DNA of 64,000 nucleotides from an uncultured Verrucomicrobiae bacterium (lineage in GTDB: Bacteria; Verrucomicrobiota; Verrucomicrobiia; Chthoniobacterales; Terrimicrobiaceae), in assembly GCA_963706955.1 (NCBI GenBank), contig CAVPOC010000008.1, forward strand, positions 320,001 through 384,000, given 5' to 3'. Numbering within the stretch: position 1 is the stretch's first letter; the number at the start of each line of letters is the position of its first letter. This document shows positions 64,000-64,000 of this stretch, piece by piece. The notes under the pieces were generated by a model. It ran no database searches, was not told where the DNA came from, and saw nothing but the letters and a program-made list of their open reading frames with translations. Position numbers and translations under genes: made by a program.

Positions 64000-64000
64000 G

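Overview
Bacterial chromosome segment; gene style and order suggest Verrucomicrobiota, probably Chthoniobacterales-like (inference, not verified). The left arm (1-~18.2 kb) is core genome: infA, acyl-CoA ligase, bamA-skp-lpxD, DegT aminotransferase, pheA-tolB-pal, MarR-TolC-PgeF/YfiH and a HAD hydrolase. The right arm (59.5-64 kb) is also core: metal-binding SBP, thioredoxin-like protein, tsaD, S41 protease, nadC. Between them lies a minus-strand tRNA-Ala(CGC) at 18841-18913. Downstream of it are four ~137-bp structured RtT-like repeats that each end in the tRNA 3' end. Upstream of it is ~40 kb of accessory DNA organised as a tandem array of decayed integrative elements, delimited by copies of the tRNA 5' HALF (31832-31869, 37602-37639, degenerate 48695-48735), each followed by an integrase N-terminal remnant. 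Cargo includes two FAD/BBE oxidoreductases, an NfeD-stomatin pair, an orphan nuoI, many pseudogene fragments, a REC-adenylate cyclase/hybrid kinase/sugar-binding cassette, a TetR regulon with two visible operators and a cNMP-domain DASS transporter. The best candidate for a new system is an overlapping two-gene operon: a SIR2-family protein plus a STAND NTPase fused through a transmembrane helix to >20 32-aa YD-type repeats (one frameshift, possibly a sequence error). All calls come from motif recognition by eye; no searches were run.
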